Shown: one piece after another, positions 1-12,800 of the stretch | Layout: each line of letters opens with the position of its first letter | How positions within the stretch are numbered: position 1 is the first letter of the stretch | Assembly: GCA_002269645.1 (NCBI GenBank) | Contig: NIVC01001472.1 | Span: 182,205 to 246,204 of the forward strand | DNA from: Macrostomum lignano | Taxonomy: Eukaryota | Direction of reading: 5' to 3' | DNA: 64,000 nucleotides | Notes under the pieces: model-generated | Databases searched by the model: none | What the model was told of the DNA's origin: nothing | What the model saw: only the letters and a program-made list of their open reading frames with translations | Program-made: the position numbers and the translations under genes

Positions 1-1119
1 AGGCTGGTCACTGAGGGATGGGGGAGTGGTGAGGCTGGTCACTGAGGGATGGGTGAGTGGTGAGGCTGGCCACTGAGGCATGGGGGAGTGGTGAGGCTGG
101 CCACTGAGGGATGGGGGGTAGGGGCTGGTCACTGAGGGATGGGGAGTGGTGAGGCTGGTCACTGAGGGATGGGGGAGTGGTGAGGCTGGTCACTGAGGGA
201 TGGGGGAGTGGTAAGGCTGGCCACTGAGGGATGGGGGAGTGGTGAGGCTGGTCACTGAGGGATGGGGGAGTGGTGAGGCTGGCCACTGAGGGATGGGGGA
301 GTGGTGAGGCTGGTCACTGAGGCATGGGGGAGTGGTGAGGCTGGTCCCTGAGGCATGGGGGAGTGGTGAGGCTGGCCACTGAGGGATGGGGGGGTAGGGG
401 CTGGTCACTGAGGGATGGGGGAGTGGTAAGGCTGGCCACTGAGGGATGGGGGAGTGGTGAGGCTGGTCACTGAGGGATGGGGGAGTGGTGAGGCTGGCCA
501 CTGAGGGATGGGGGAGTGGTGAGGCTGGTAACTGAGGGATGGGGGAGTGGTGAGGCTGGCCACTGAGGGATGGGGGAGTGGTGAGGCTGGCCACTGAGGG
601 ATGGGGGAGTGGTGAGGCTGGTCACTGAGGCATGGGGGAGTGGTGAGGCTGGTCCCTGAGGCATGGGGAGTGGTGAGGCTGGCCACTGAGGGATGGGGGG
701 GGTAGGGGCTGGTCACTGAGGGATGGGGGAGTGGTGAGGCTGGTCACTGAGGCATGGGGGAGTGGTGAGGCTGGTCCCTGAGGCATGGGGGAGTGGTGAG
801 GCTGGCCACTGAGGGATGGGGGAGTGGTGAGGGCTGGTCACTGAGGGATGGGGGAGTGGTGAGGCTGGTCACTGAGGGATGGGGGAGTGGTGAGGCTGGT
901 CACTGAGGGATGGGGGAGTGGTGAGGCTGGTCACTGAGGGATGGGGGAGTGGTGAGGCTGGCCACTGAGGGATGGGGGAGTGGTGAGGCTGGTCACTGAG
1001 GGATGGGAGAGTGGTGGGGCTGGTCACTGAGGGATGGGGGAGTGGTGGGGCTAGTCACTGAGGGATGGGGGAGTGGTGAGGCTGGTCACTGAGGGATGGG
1101 AGAGTGGTGAGGCCGGTCA
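1..1119. repeat. 31-bp G-rich minisatellite (GGGGGAGTGGTGAGGCTGGTCACTGAGGGAT), ~36 copies, runs off window start
   Basis: Unit recurs at 31-bp spacing (e.g. 161, 192); probably intronic to the Ig gene. Confidence 0.95.
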
Positions 1120-1554
1120 CAAAAGTGCATAATACACGGATACGTAACAGAAGCACAACAAAGAATTAGCATCACGGACAACATAGCAGTGCGAGCACAG
1201 TCATGTGCTGACAATGTTATAGACATTTGCATAAAAAGCAAATAAACATGGACATTGCGTACAATATAACAACCTATAGTATTACACAACCCAATACAAA
1301 AAGCTGCATATTCTGAATCATTGAGAATTTGATAATCGAGATTCTGTCTGTATTGGCAATGCCGAGCTCCGATGTGGCGCTGCCAAAGTGATCTTAATAG
1401 TTTTAGTAAGCAACAAATAACAAATCTGCCTCTCTACTGTAAGTAGACAATCACGAACATGAATAATAATTCTCATATATCAGAACTCAAATCAGTGTTT
1501 TGATTTATTTGTTTTGTGCAGACAATAGACATATTTATTTAAATTCGGAATTAC

Positions 1555-1572
1555 CTGTGGCGGTTGAATGCT
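1555..1572 (-). CDS. Candidate 18-nt symmetric microexon of the Ig gene ((Q)HSTAT)
   Basis: Minus strand ACTAAC...ACTTTTTGTAG|AGCATTCAACCGCCACAG|GTAATT; branch-point-like motif, pyrimidine tract, phase 1-1, open frame. Confidence 0.5.
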
Positions 1573-1789
1573 CTACAAAAAGTGCCGTGTTAGTTGCGCT
1601 CTTAGATAGGATTCTATGAAAAACTGGCTTTTGAAATACGCTAAATTAGTCTGTTAATTCTATACAAACTAATTAATAATTATAGACAATAGATAGCAAT
1701 GTTAAAACACTTCAACCTCTAATAAGTGTGAGTTTATGCCATTGCGCGACTTACTGATTGCATTCAGGGCATACAGCATTCATTAAAAA

Positions 1790-3541
1790 AACTGAGGAGA
1801 GGGTAGCGGCTGCCACTGAGACACTGAGGAGAGGGTAGCGGCTGCCAATGAGACACTGAGGAGAGGGTAGCGGCTGCCAATGAGGCACTAAGGAGAGGGT
1901 AGCGGCTGCCACTGAGACACTGAGGAGAGGGTAGCGGCTGCCACTGAGACACTGAGGAGAGGGTAGCGGCTGCCACTGAGACACTGAGGAGAGGGTAGCG
2001 GCTGCCACTGAGACACTGAGGAGAGGGTAGCGGCTGCCAATGAGGCACTAAGGAGAGGGTAGCGGCTGCCACTGAGACACTGAGGAGAGGGTAGCGGCTG
2101 CCACTGAGACACTGAGGAGAGAGTAGCGGCTGCCACTGAGACACTAAGGAGAGGGTAGCGGCTGCCACTGAGACACTGAGGAGAGGGTAGCGGCTGCCAC
2201 TGAGACACTGAGGAGAGGGTAGCGGCTGCCACTGAGGCACTAAGGAGAGGGTAGCGGCTGCCACTGAGGCACTAAGGAGAGGGTAGCGGCTGCCACTGAG
2301 GCACTAAGGAGAGGGTAGCGGCTGCCACTGAGACACTGAGGAGAGGGTAGCGGCTGCCACTGAGACACTAAGGAGAGGGTAGCGGCTGCCAATGAGGCAC
2401 TAAGGAGAGGGTAGCGGCTGCCACTGAGACACTGAGGAGAGGGTAGCGGCTGCCAATGAGGCACTAAGGAGAGGGTAGCGGCTGCCACTGAGACACTGAG
2501 GAGAGGGTAGCGGCTGCTACTGAGACACTGAGGAGAGGGTAGCGGCTGCCACTGAGGCACTAAGGAGAGGGTAGCGGCTGCCACTGAGACACTGAGGAGA
2601 GGGTAGCGGCTGCCACTGAGGCACTAAGGAGAGGGTAGCGGCTGCCACTGAGACACTGAGGAGAGGGTAGCGGCTGCCACTGAGGCACTAAGGAGAGGGT
2701 AGCGGCTGCCACTGAGACACTGAGGAGAGGGTAGCGGCTGCCACTGAGGCACTAAGGAGAGGGTAGCGGCTGCCACTGAGACACTGAGGAGAGGGTAGCG
2801 GCTGCCACTGAGGCACTAAGGAGAGGGTAGCGGCTGCCACTGAGACACTGAGGAGAGGGTAGCGGCTGCCAATGAGGCACTAAGGAGAGGGTAGCGGCTG
2901 CCACTGAGACACTGAGGAGAGGGTAGCGGCTGCCAATGAGGCACTAAGGAGAGGGTAGCGGCTGCCACTGAGACACTGAGGAGAGGGTAGCGGCTGCTAC
3001 TGAGACACTGAGGAGAGGGTAGCGGCTGCCACTGAGGCACTAAGGAGAGGGTAGCGGCTGCCACTGAGACACTGAGGAGAGGGTAGCGGCTGCCACTGAG
3101 GCACTAAGGAGAGGGTAGCGGCTGCCACTGAGACACTGAGGAGAGGGTAGCGGCTGCCACTGAGGCACTAAGGAGAGGGTAGCGGCTGCCACTGAGACAC
3201 TGAGGAGAGGGTAGCGGCTGCCACTGAGGCACTGAGGAGAGGGTAGCGGCTGCCACTGAGACACTGAGGAGAGGGTAGCGGCTGCCACTGAGGCACTAAG
3301 GAGAGGGTAGCGGCTGCCACTGAGACACTGAGGAGAGGGTAGCGGCTGCCACTGAGGCACTGAGGAGAGGGTAGCGGCTGCCACTGAGACACTGAGGAGA
3401 GGGTAGCGGCTGCCACTGAGGCACTGAGGAGAGGGTAGCGGCTGCCACTGAGGCACTAAGGAGAGGGTAGCGGCTGCCACTGAGACACTGAGGAGAGGGT
3501 AGCGGCTGCCACTGAGGCCCTGAGGAGAGGGTAGCGGCTGC
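1790..3541. repeat. 32-bp minisatellite (ACTGAGGAGAGGGTAGCGGCTGCCACTGAGAC), ~55 copies
   Basis: Direct periodicity of 32 bp with recurrent variant units. Confidence 0.95.
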
Positions 3542-3709
3542 ACCCATATTCCAATAAAACCAAACTGTTTACCAATCAACCGAGAAAGTGTTTAAAGTTC
3601 AGGTTGCATGCGTGACACAAGAAACACATTGGGAGTCTTCAACCAAGGAAAACAGAAAAAAAACGTTCCTACAAATATGAACTACAAGTAGATCCCATCC
3701 AACACTCAC

Positions 3710-3868
3710 GCTTCACGATGAGCAGCGTCTCAACTCGGGATTGAACAGTCTGCCTAGTGACAGGATTGGTTGCTAGGCAACCATACCGTTTGCCGCCGTC
3801 GTCAAGAAGAACTTTGCCAATAATGAGGGCAGCCGAACCAGTGGACAGGCGAACCACGCGGTAGCGAT
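3710..3868 (-). CDS. Ig gene coding exon 4: C-terminal half of Ig domain 2 (DRYRVVRLSTGSAALIIGKVLLDDGGKRYGCLATNPVTRQTVQSRVETLLIVK)
   Basis: TTCCAG acceptor, GTGAGT donor, phase 1-1, 159 nt; Y-x-C-x-A-x-NPVT resembles recalled CDON/BOC Ig2 (YKCAAYNPVT). Confidence 0.85.
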
Positions 3869-4517
3869 CTGGAATTCGGGTCGATACAAATAAATAGGCA
3901 TGTTTTTATCTACACTACTAACAGTAAAAAATAAGTGCTTTTCGGAAGCTTTTTAAAAATCGCATTACCTGCTTTCAATACAAAAATAGCTATGGGTAAA
4001 CGTATTGACAACAAAGCTTTCAGCCAACAGATTCAGTTTGATCATGCAAATATTAATGATGATTGCATTAATAAAAATCTTACTGTAAAGAGCTTATACA
4101 AAACAAATTCTTCACGCGTAAATATAAAGTAACAAGGAAATAAATTGAAAAGGCACAAATTTTATGATCCTAACAATCGCACGTGTGTACTCATCAGTAA
4201 TATACAAGGGAATAGAGACGTATTGCTAGTAATCAAATTAATACAAAAACAAAAAGGGATACCACAGACAGTGGAAAACATGGGAACGCATCGACTTTGG
4301 GGATTAGTTAAAAAATTGCTTGACAAAAAAAGAAGCTATTAGATAATAAACAACAACTGGCAATTAGAGTTCGTTTATCTTTATCCTCACCTCGATGAAG
4401 TCGGCTTGAGAGAGCTGTTATCGATGAAATTTGTTTGTAAAGTATGTGCAGCGTTTTGAGTACAGTACCAAGGCTTGTTAACTTGTTATTAGTATGATAT
4501 TGATTACATGATAGCAT

Positions 4518-5284
4518 GATTACAGTAGGAATACAGCAATTTACAGTAGGAATACAGTATTTTACAGTAGAAATACAGTTTACAGTAGAAATACAGTAGT
4601 TTACAGTAGGAATACAGTAGATTACAGTAGGAATACAGTAGATTACAGTAGGAATACAGTAGATTACAGTAGGAATACAGTAGATTACAGTAGGAATACA
4701 GAAATTTACAGTAGGAATACAGTATTTTACAGTAGAAATACAGCAATTTACAGTAGGAATACAGTAGATTACAGTAGGAATACAGTAGATTACAGTAGGA
4801 ATACAGCAATGTACAGTAGAAATACAGTATTTTAAAAGTAGAAATAGTATTTTACAATAGAAATACAGCAATTTACTGTAGAAATACAGAAATTTACAGT
4901 AGGAATACAGTAGATTACAGTAGGAATACAGTAGATTACAGTAGGAATACAGTAGATTACAGTAGGAATACAGTAGATTACAGTAGGAATACAGTAGATT
5001 ACAGTAGGAATACAGTAGATTACAGTAGGAATACAGTAGATTACAGTAGGAATACAGTAGATTACAGTAGGAATACAGTAGATTACAGTAGGAATACAGT
5101 AGATTACAGTAGGAATACAGTAGATTACAGTAGGAATACAGTAGATTACAGTAGGAATACAGTAGATTACAGTAGGAATACAGTAGATTACAGTAGGAAT
5201 ACAGTAGATTACAGTAGGAATACAGTAGATTACAGTAGGAGTATAGTAAATTACAGTAGGAATACAGCAATTTACAGTAGGAAT
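4518..5284. repeat. 21-bp minisatellite (TACAGTAGGAATACAGTAGAT), ~36 copies
   Basis: Direct tandem periodicity; homogeneous core, degenerate edges. Confidence 0.95.
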
Positions 5285-5645
5285 ACATAATTTCACGTTG
5301 CCCTGAATTTTTGTTACAAGTTTGAAGTCGCCATATACTTAGTTATGACTTTAAAAAGTCGGATTAATTCAACTAGTACGACTATAAATAATCCATCTTT
5401 ATTAGAATTATTTGCCTACGATTTGAAACTCAAGTATCGATTTAGCAAACATGCTAATGATTAATAAAGCTCTGTAGATGTTTAAGATTTGTAGTTCATT
5501 CGGCCAAACCGCAATGCACACAGACTGTACATGCCTGACGAGAAATTCAGTGCCGCTGTACACCCCGTGTGAGCGACTGGCCGGCTGTCATCTGCCTTGA
5601 TTTTGCCCCCCCCTCATCCCTTATGCACTCCCAGCCGCTTCTCAC

Positions 5646-5795
5646 CTAGCGGGGTCAGTGCCACCCCATCGACAGTGAAGCTGATCTCGGCAGGTGGCAC
5701 GGAGTGCGGCGGCCGACACTCAATCTGAACTTTGTTGCCTTTCAGGCATTCCTTCTGCACTGGACTGGGCCCTGCGTCGTTGAATGGCCGAATTT
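5646..5795 (-). CDS. Ig gene coding exon 3: N-terminal half of Ig domain 2 (EIRPFNDAGPSPVQKECLKGNKVQIECRPPHSVPPAEISFTVDGVALTPL)
   Basis: TTGCAG acceptor, GTGAGA donor, phase 1-1, 150 nt; I-x-C-x-x-P-x-S-x-P-x-A motif like recalled BOC/ihog Ig2. Confidence 0.85.
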
Positions 5796-6642
5796 CTGCA
5801 ACGAAAACCCGAAGCATTGATTAGCGATTGAAACTACTTTCAGTAGCTTACAGTTCGTCTGTGTTTAATAACTACAGCTACAAGCTAAAACAGATATTTT
5901 TTGTTTAATTCAAACCACAGATTCTAAAATAACTAGATAGGCCACTTAGTAAAACAGCTTACAGCTTTCTACTTTCAGTTCAGTAGCAAGGAAGACTACA
6001 TAAGCTATTTTATAAAAATAAAGGCAGCTGAAATGACTTTGGTAAGTTTAGAATCCCAGATTTGCAGGCGTAAACAGCTTGCTAATTGGTTCAGCAATAA
6101 TGTACATTAGCCAGTCCACTGAAATGTACATGGCAGCTTTAGGCTGGAATTCCGAGAAAGGCAATAAAAATTTGGGGCGGGGCGGGGGGGGGTAGTGTGG
6201 AAAGGCGCGGTTGGAGGGTTTAAGCTGGGGGGTAAGAGCTAATAAATGAGCCTTGGCTTTAAAATACATTAAAATGCTTCTGTTTAACTTACTACTGAAC
6301 TGAAAGTAGCCTACACGCATATGTGCTGAGTTACTCTAGTATTCGTAATTCAAACCAAGTTGGAATTGACGCGAAATAGCTGGAAACTATGTTAATCTTG
6401 TCATCTAGATGCATAGAAATAAAACACTAAATATTATAATAAATTTACTAAACAGTTTGCCAGCTGCTTTTCTGTGCCTGTGCAAGAAATTTTATACTGA
6501 AATCGAAACATAAACACACGCACTTGGCAGCTAGCTAGCAAAATTGAATAGTTAAAATCAGCGGACAATTCAACGGCACAATAACTTGTAAATATCTGAT
6601 AGTTAGCATGTGGAATTAGAAAAGACTTAGAAAAGACCAAAT

Positions 6643-7410
6643 AAGGGAGGCTGAGGGGATTAGATATGGGAAACTGAAGGGATTAGATAAGGGAAACTGA
6701 GGGGATTAGATAGAGGAAACTGAGGGGATTAGATAGAGGAAACTGAGGGGATTAGATAAGGGAAATTGAGGGGATTAGATAGAGGAAACTGAGGGGATTA
6801 GATAAGGGAAACTGAGGGGATTAGATAGAGGAAGCTGAGGGGATTAGATAAGGGAAACTGAGGGGATTAAATGTGCGAAACTGAGGGGATTAGATAAGGG
6901 AAACTGAGGGGATTAGATAAGGGAAACTGAGGGGATTAGATAGAGGAAACTGAGGGGATTAGATAAGGGAAACTGAGGGGATTAGATAGAGGAAACTGAG
7001 AAGGATTAGATGAAAGAAACTGAGGGGATTAGATGAAGGAAACTGAGGGGATTAGATGAGGGAAACTGAGGGGATTAGATGAAGGAAACTGGGGGGATTA
7101 GATGAACGAAATTGAGGGGATTAGGTGAAGGAAATGAGGGGATTAGATAAGGGAAACTGAGGGGATTAGATAAGGGAAACTGAGGGAATTAGATAAGGAA
7201 AACTGAGGGGATTAGATAGGGGAAACTGAGGGGATTAGATAAGAGAAGCTGAGGAAATTAGATAAGGGAAACTGAGGGGATTAGATGAAGAAAACTGAGG
7301 GGATTAGGTGAAGGAAATGAGGGGATTAGATAAGGGAAACTGAGGGGATTAGATAAGGGAAGCTGAGGAAATTAGATAAGGGAAACTGAGGGGATTAGAT
7401 ATGGGAAGTT
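6643..7410. repeat. 23-bp purine-rich minisatellite (GGGAAACTGAGGGGATTAGATAA), ~33 copies
   Basis: Direct tandem periodicity. Confidence 0.95.
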
Positions 7411-7523
7411 GAGGAGACTACAGTATTAGATAGAAGTGGGAGAACGAATTAGAGGATAAAAGTTTGTGAGGCCTGCAAAAATATGTCATTTATCTATCCC
7501 ATTCCCTTAAATTGGCAACTTAC

Positions 7524-7841
7524 CCACAATGTTGACCCGAAAGGGCGAGCCAATCAGAGCAAAGTTGGTGTTGGTCACCGCTTTGCAAAAGAATTCATAG
7601 TCGGCTAGCAGCGCAGGTGACGCAACCAAACCGGCGTTGACTTCGATGCCGTTGCTAAGGCAACGCACCCCGGTCATTATGTTGGTATTGACCGATACAA
7701 ACCGAATATTGGCGTCGGGTCCCCGACGATAGCCGCACTGAATAGCGGTGGCCGCGCTGCTGACGGTGCAGCTCAGGCGAACAGTGGAATTCGGCCTGGC
7801 GTAGGTCAGCGGCTCCGGCTGGCTGGAGAACTCGGGCACCA
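7524..7841 (-). CDS. Ig gene coding exon 2: Ig domain 1 (VVPEFSSQPEPLTYARPNSTVRLSC...YEFFCKAVTNTNFALIGSPFRVNIV)
   Basis: GCCCAG acceptor, GTAAGT donor, phase 1-1, 318 nt, Ig-type Cys pair. Confidence 0.88.
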
Positions 7842-7910
7842 CTGGGCGAAGGGCAGGCGGGGGTGATCAGCGATCAGGATTTTAGGAGGCGTTTAACAAA
7901 ATGCAAGTCT

Positions 7911-8270
7911 GCTGCCAGTTCAAAATCTCACTCTGACCCTTAACTAGCCAGTTCAAAATCTCACTCTGACCCTTAGCTAGCCAGTTCAAAATCTCACTCT
8001 GACCCTTTGGTAGCCAGTTTAAAATCTCACTATGACCCTTTGCTGGCCAGTTTAAAATCTCACTCTGACCCTTAACTAGCCAGTTCAAAATCTCACTCTG
8101 ACCCTTAGCTAGCCAGTTCAAAATCTCACTCTGACCCTTAGCTAACCAGTTCAAAATCTCACTCTGACCCTTTGGTAGCCAGTTTAAAATCTCACTATGA
8201 CCCTTAGCTAGCCAGTTCAAAATCTCACTCTGACCCTTAGCTAGCCAGTTCAAAATCTCACTCTGACCCT
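7911..8270. repeat. 33-bp minisatellite (GCCAGTTCAAAATCTCACTCTGACCCTTAGCTA), ~11 copies
   Basis: Direct tandem periodicity. Confidence 0.93.
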
Positions 8271-8852
8271 GGGGATTGTCAGTTCAAAGTCTCAGCCTTG
8301 TCTTTGCAGCATATTTTTGCCACAAATAAAGGACGATTCGTGCACTTTATTAAGATTCGGGCAAAAATACTAGCATCAGCTGTTAGGAAAGCAAATTATT
8401 GGTGCCGTGAATTTCTAGACTGCTAAGGCAAGAAGGCGCAGGTCCAGCACATTTTCGCTCACTATTCGGCAGGCCAATCGGCAAGTGAACGAACGCGGAA
8501 AGTGAAGAATGATTTCCTTTAGATAAAGATAAGAATGGAAGCTTTAGAAAAACCATTGGAGAAGCCTGGCTCTCGCATACTTGTACAACATAGTTAGCTA
8601 GAGAAATTACAGTTTTGAAGACAGACAGAGAAAAACAGTTCAAGTAGTGAACAGTGCAGTGGGCCCTGTCAATCAGCTGTAATCAAGGGGCAGTTTAGCA
8701 CAATTTTTTGAAGCTCAGCTTAGCAACTCTTTCGGGTGTCTATTGTGACAAATGCGGTCATCGATAGAACTATCGAAAACAAAGATAGGGATGGGCTTTT
8801 GGGTAGATTCGGCGCTGCGGAAGTACCTTCTCTTAGGTGTGAACTGTTAATA

Positions 8853-9170
8853 ACTGTCAGTAGGTTTATGGACATTGTCAGTAGGTTTATGGACATTGTC
8901 AGTAGGTTTATGGACATTGTCAGTAGGTTAATGGACATTGTCAGTAGGTTTATGGACATTGTCAGTAGGTTAATGGATATTGTCAGTAGGTTAATGGATA
9001 ACTGTCAGTAGTAGGTTTATGGACATTGTCAGTAGGTTAATGGATATTGTCAGTAGGTTAATGGATAACTGTCAGTAGTAGGTTTATGGACATTGTCAGT
9101 AGGTTAATGGACATTGTCAGTAGGTTAATGGATAACTGTCAGATGTTATTGGATAACTATCAGTAGGTTA
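8853..9170. repeat. 21-bp minisatellite (GTCAGTAGGTTTATGGACATT), ~14 copies
   Basis: Direct tandem periodicity. Confidence 0.93.
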
Positions 9171-9979
9171 TTTAAAAAACTGTCAAAAAGCTGACCAATT
9201 GGTGTCAAGATTATGTAAACCATTAGAAAAAAAAACCGAAACAAAAATTAACTGACCAATTCAAGCGGTAAAAATACCATTTAAAAAAAAGAAGTTGGTA
9301 GACAGATTGTACTCGGCTTCCCTCCCCCCCCCCCCGAGAAACTCAGTAGCCATAGCCGACACCGCGAACCGGTCGATGACGCATAGGGGACGAAGGAGAG
9401 TGGAGGAGGGGGAGTGGCGGCAAGGCGGAAAACATCAGGCACAGCCAGACACGCACGCAGTGTAGCATGCGGGCGTGCCTTTAATAATTATAAGGCGTCA
9501 AGGCGCAAAATATCCAGGCGGTGTAAATAGAAGGGATTAAAGATGCTCTATATTACTATACTTCTACATATATACCACACTAAAAATCCCCTTGAGAAAG
9601 TAGAGTGGTTAGGAGAGAAGTTGTACGATGAAGAAGGGATGCGGGGGGAGGGGGCTATTGGGAAATCGCCGATCCGAGCTGAAAAGTCTTGTAGTGACAG
9701 ACGATAAGAGAGGGAGAGAGAGAGAATAGGAAATTCAATATTGCTGTTGGCCAAGCAGATCTTGACAAACCAAATCCCCTACCCTGGTTCTGTGTCTACA
9801 TCGCCTTAGCATATGAACTGAACTCAATGCGCGCTTCACTTGGCGCTTACTTGATAAAGCCGCTATGGTAGAAGTGGAGTTTGATGCATTCGCTGAAACT
9901 TCAACTAAATAGGGGCTGCAATTGACGCGCTGGAAATGGAACTGACAAGCGGCCTGATCTTTGTGCAACTCTGTGTTTC

Positions 9980-11070
9980 CTCTCTCTCACGCTCACTTCT
10001 CTCACGCTCACCTTCTCTCTCTCACGCTCACTTCTCTCACGCTCACCTTCTCTCTCTCGCGCTCACCTCTCTCACGCTCACCTTCTCTCTCTCACGCTCA
10101 CCTCTCTCTCACGCTCACCTCTCTCTCACGCTCACCTCTCTCTCACGCTCACCTCTCTCTCACGCTCACCTCTCTCTCACGCTCACCTCTCTCTCACGCT
10201 CACCTCTCTCTCACGCTCACCTCTCTCTCACGCTCACCTCTCTCTCACGCTCACCTCTCTCTCGTCTCTCTCACGCTCACCTCTCTCTCACGCTCACCTC
10301 TCTCTCACGCTCACCTCTCTCTCACGCTCACCTCTCTCTCTCACGCTCACCTTCTCTCTCTCACGCTCACCTCTCTCTCACGCTCACCTTCTCTCTCTCA
10401 CGCTCACTTCTCTCTCTCACGCTCACCTCTCTCTCTCACGCTCACCTTCACTCACGCTCACCTCTCTCTCTCTCTCTCACGCTCACCTCTCTCTCTCACG
10501 CTCACCTCTCTCTCTCACGCTCACCTCTCTCTCTCACGCTCACCTCTCTCTCTCTCACGCTCACCTCTCTCTCACGCTCACCTCTCTCTCTCACGCTCAC
10601 CTTCACTCACGCTCACCTCTCTCTCTCACGCTCACCTCTCTCTCTCACGCTCACCTCTCTCTCTCACGCTCACTTCTCTCTCACGCTCACCTTCTCTCTC
10701 TCACGCTCACCTTCTTTCTCTCGCACTTTCACTCTCTTACACCCAGACACACTCAAAACTCTCTCTCACTCCCACTCACCCTCCCTCTCTTTTTTTCTCA
10801 CTCTCTCATTCTCATTCTCGTTCTTTCTCACTCTCCCTCTCACCCTTTCCCACTCTCTCTCTCACTCTTCCCCTCACTTTTTTCTCTCACTCTCCCTCTC
10901 ACCCTGACTCTCATTCTCTATTTCTTTTTCACTCTCACTCTCTCCATCACTTTCATTCTCTTTTTTTCTTTCTTACTCAACGTCTCACCCTCATCTCACT
11001 CTCATCTACACTCTCACTCCCGTCCCACCCTCATTCTCACCCTCTCTCACACTGCCATTCCGTCACTTTC
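9980..11070. repeat. (CT)n-based variable-length repeat (CTCTCTCACGCTCACCT) decaying into CT-rich low complexity
   Basis: Constant ACGCTCAC core separated by variable CT dinucleotide runs to ~10720. Confidence 0.93.
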
Positions 11071-11791
11071 AAGCATGAGTAATAGCATCGCCTAATAATA
11101 CATAATCAATATGATAATAATATGCAGACACCGCGAAGAAGGCTAAGAGGTGTAGATGCAATATGCACATTATACATGGCATATATATATATATCTATAT
11201 CTACATGCAGCAGAGAATTTCTTAACCAACAAGAGAAATTAAATTAACTATTTTACAATCTTAAGTATCTTCTTGGCGAAAGAGACGGCTAGCCGAAGGC
11301 CCAGCAGCGGCCAGGATAGAAGTGGAGAGAAAGAGCAAACAATCAGGTGACCCAGTCTCTCCGCCACAAAAAACTGGATGGAGGGGATGATTACGTAACA
11401 GCTGCAGCCACGCACGGAGCGGCAACCAGACCCTGCGCCGGCAGCAGTTTAATTAAGGCACTGCACACCATAAACTTTCTCGCCTGACCAGAAGACCTCA
11501 ATCACTTTGAGCTGGCTTTTTCTTCCAATGAAGAAAAACTAAGCCGGAGGAGCATTCTGCCGATTTCACCTCTGGTTTTTCTAAGCTTTTCCCCAAGCAT
11601 AAGCCTTCGATCCGGCTTGTCTTGTACGCTAAAATCCAGGAGGGAAGAAAATCGACCAGCTTCATCAGCTTAGTACACCAGCTAGTATTCCAGCTTCCTA
11701 TAATTTTCTTGAACTGTTTGGATTTTACGTGAACAATCATTTAGCAAAACTGCACACTTTGGGCCTCTTCACACTTGAGAAATAATAATTT

Positions 11792-12800
11792 TAGAGTGGA
11801 ATTTCAGGGGAGTTTGGGGAAGTTTCAGGAGAGTTCGGGTGGAGTTTCAGGGGATTTCGGGTGGAGGTTCAGGGGATTTCGGGTGGAGTTTCAGGGGATT
11901 TCGGGTGGAGTTTCAGGGGATTTCGGGTGGAGTTTCAGTGGATTTCGGGTGGAGTTTCAGGGGATTTCGGGTGGAGGTTCAGGGGATTTCGGGTGGAGTT
12001 TCAGGGGATTTCGGGTGGAGTTTCAGTGGATTTCGGGTAGAGTTTCAGTGGATTTCAGGTGGAGTTTCAGTGGATTTCGGGTGGAGTTTCAGGGGATTTC
12101 AGGTGGAGTTTCATGGGATTTCGGGTCGAGTTTCAGCGGATTTCGGGTCGAGTTTCAGTGGATTTCGGGTCGAGTTTCAGTGGATTTCGGGTAGAGTTTC
12201 AGGGAATGTCGGGTGGAGCTTCAGGGGATTTCTGGTGGAGTTTCAGGGGATTTCGGGTCGAGTTTCAGGGGATTTCGGGTCGAGTTTCAGGGGATTTCGG
12301 GTCGAGTTTCAGGGGATTTCGGGTGGAGTTTCAGTGGATTTCGGATCGAGTTTCAGTGAATTTCGGGTTGAGTTTCAGTGGATTTCGGGTGGAGTTTCAG
12401 TGGATTTCGAGTCGTTTCAGGGGATTTCGGGTCGAGTTTCAGTGGATTTCGGGTAGAGTTTCAGTGGATTTCGGGTGGAGTTTCAGTGGATTTCGGGTGG
12501 AGTTTCAGTGGATTTCGGGTCGAGTTTCAGGGAATTTCGGGTTGAGTTTCAGTGGATTTCGGGTGGAGTTTCAGTGGATTTCGGGTCGAGTTTCAGGGGA
12601 TTTCGGGTCGAGTTTCAGTGGATTTCGGGTCGAGTTTCAGTGGATTTCGGGTAGAGTTTCAGGGAATGTCGGGTGGAGCTTCAGGGGATTTCGGGTGGAG
12701 CTTCAGGGAATGTCGGGTGGAGCTTCAGGGGATTTCGGGTCGAGTTTCAGGGAATGTCAGGGGGAGTTTCAGGGAATTTGGGGGGAGGGGGTTCAGGGGA
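11792..12800. repeat. 22-bp minisatellite (GGATTTCGGGTGGAGTTTCAGG), ~45 copies
   Basis: Direct tandem periodicity. Confidence 0.95.

Noticed and set aside
1330-1395. Possible Ig3 exon fragment on the minus strand (HFGSATSELGIAN...)
   Set aside because: Weak acceptor, no good donor and no Ig cysteine or tryptophan pattern
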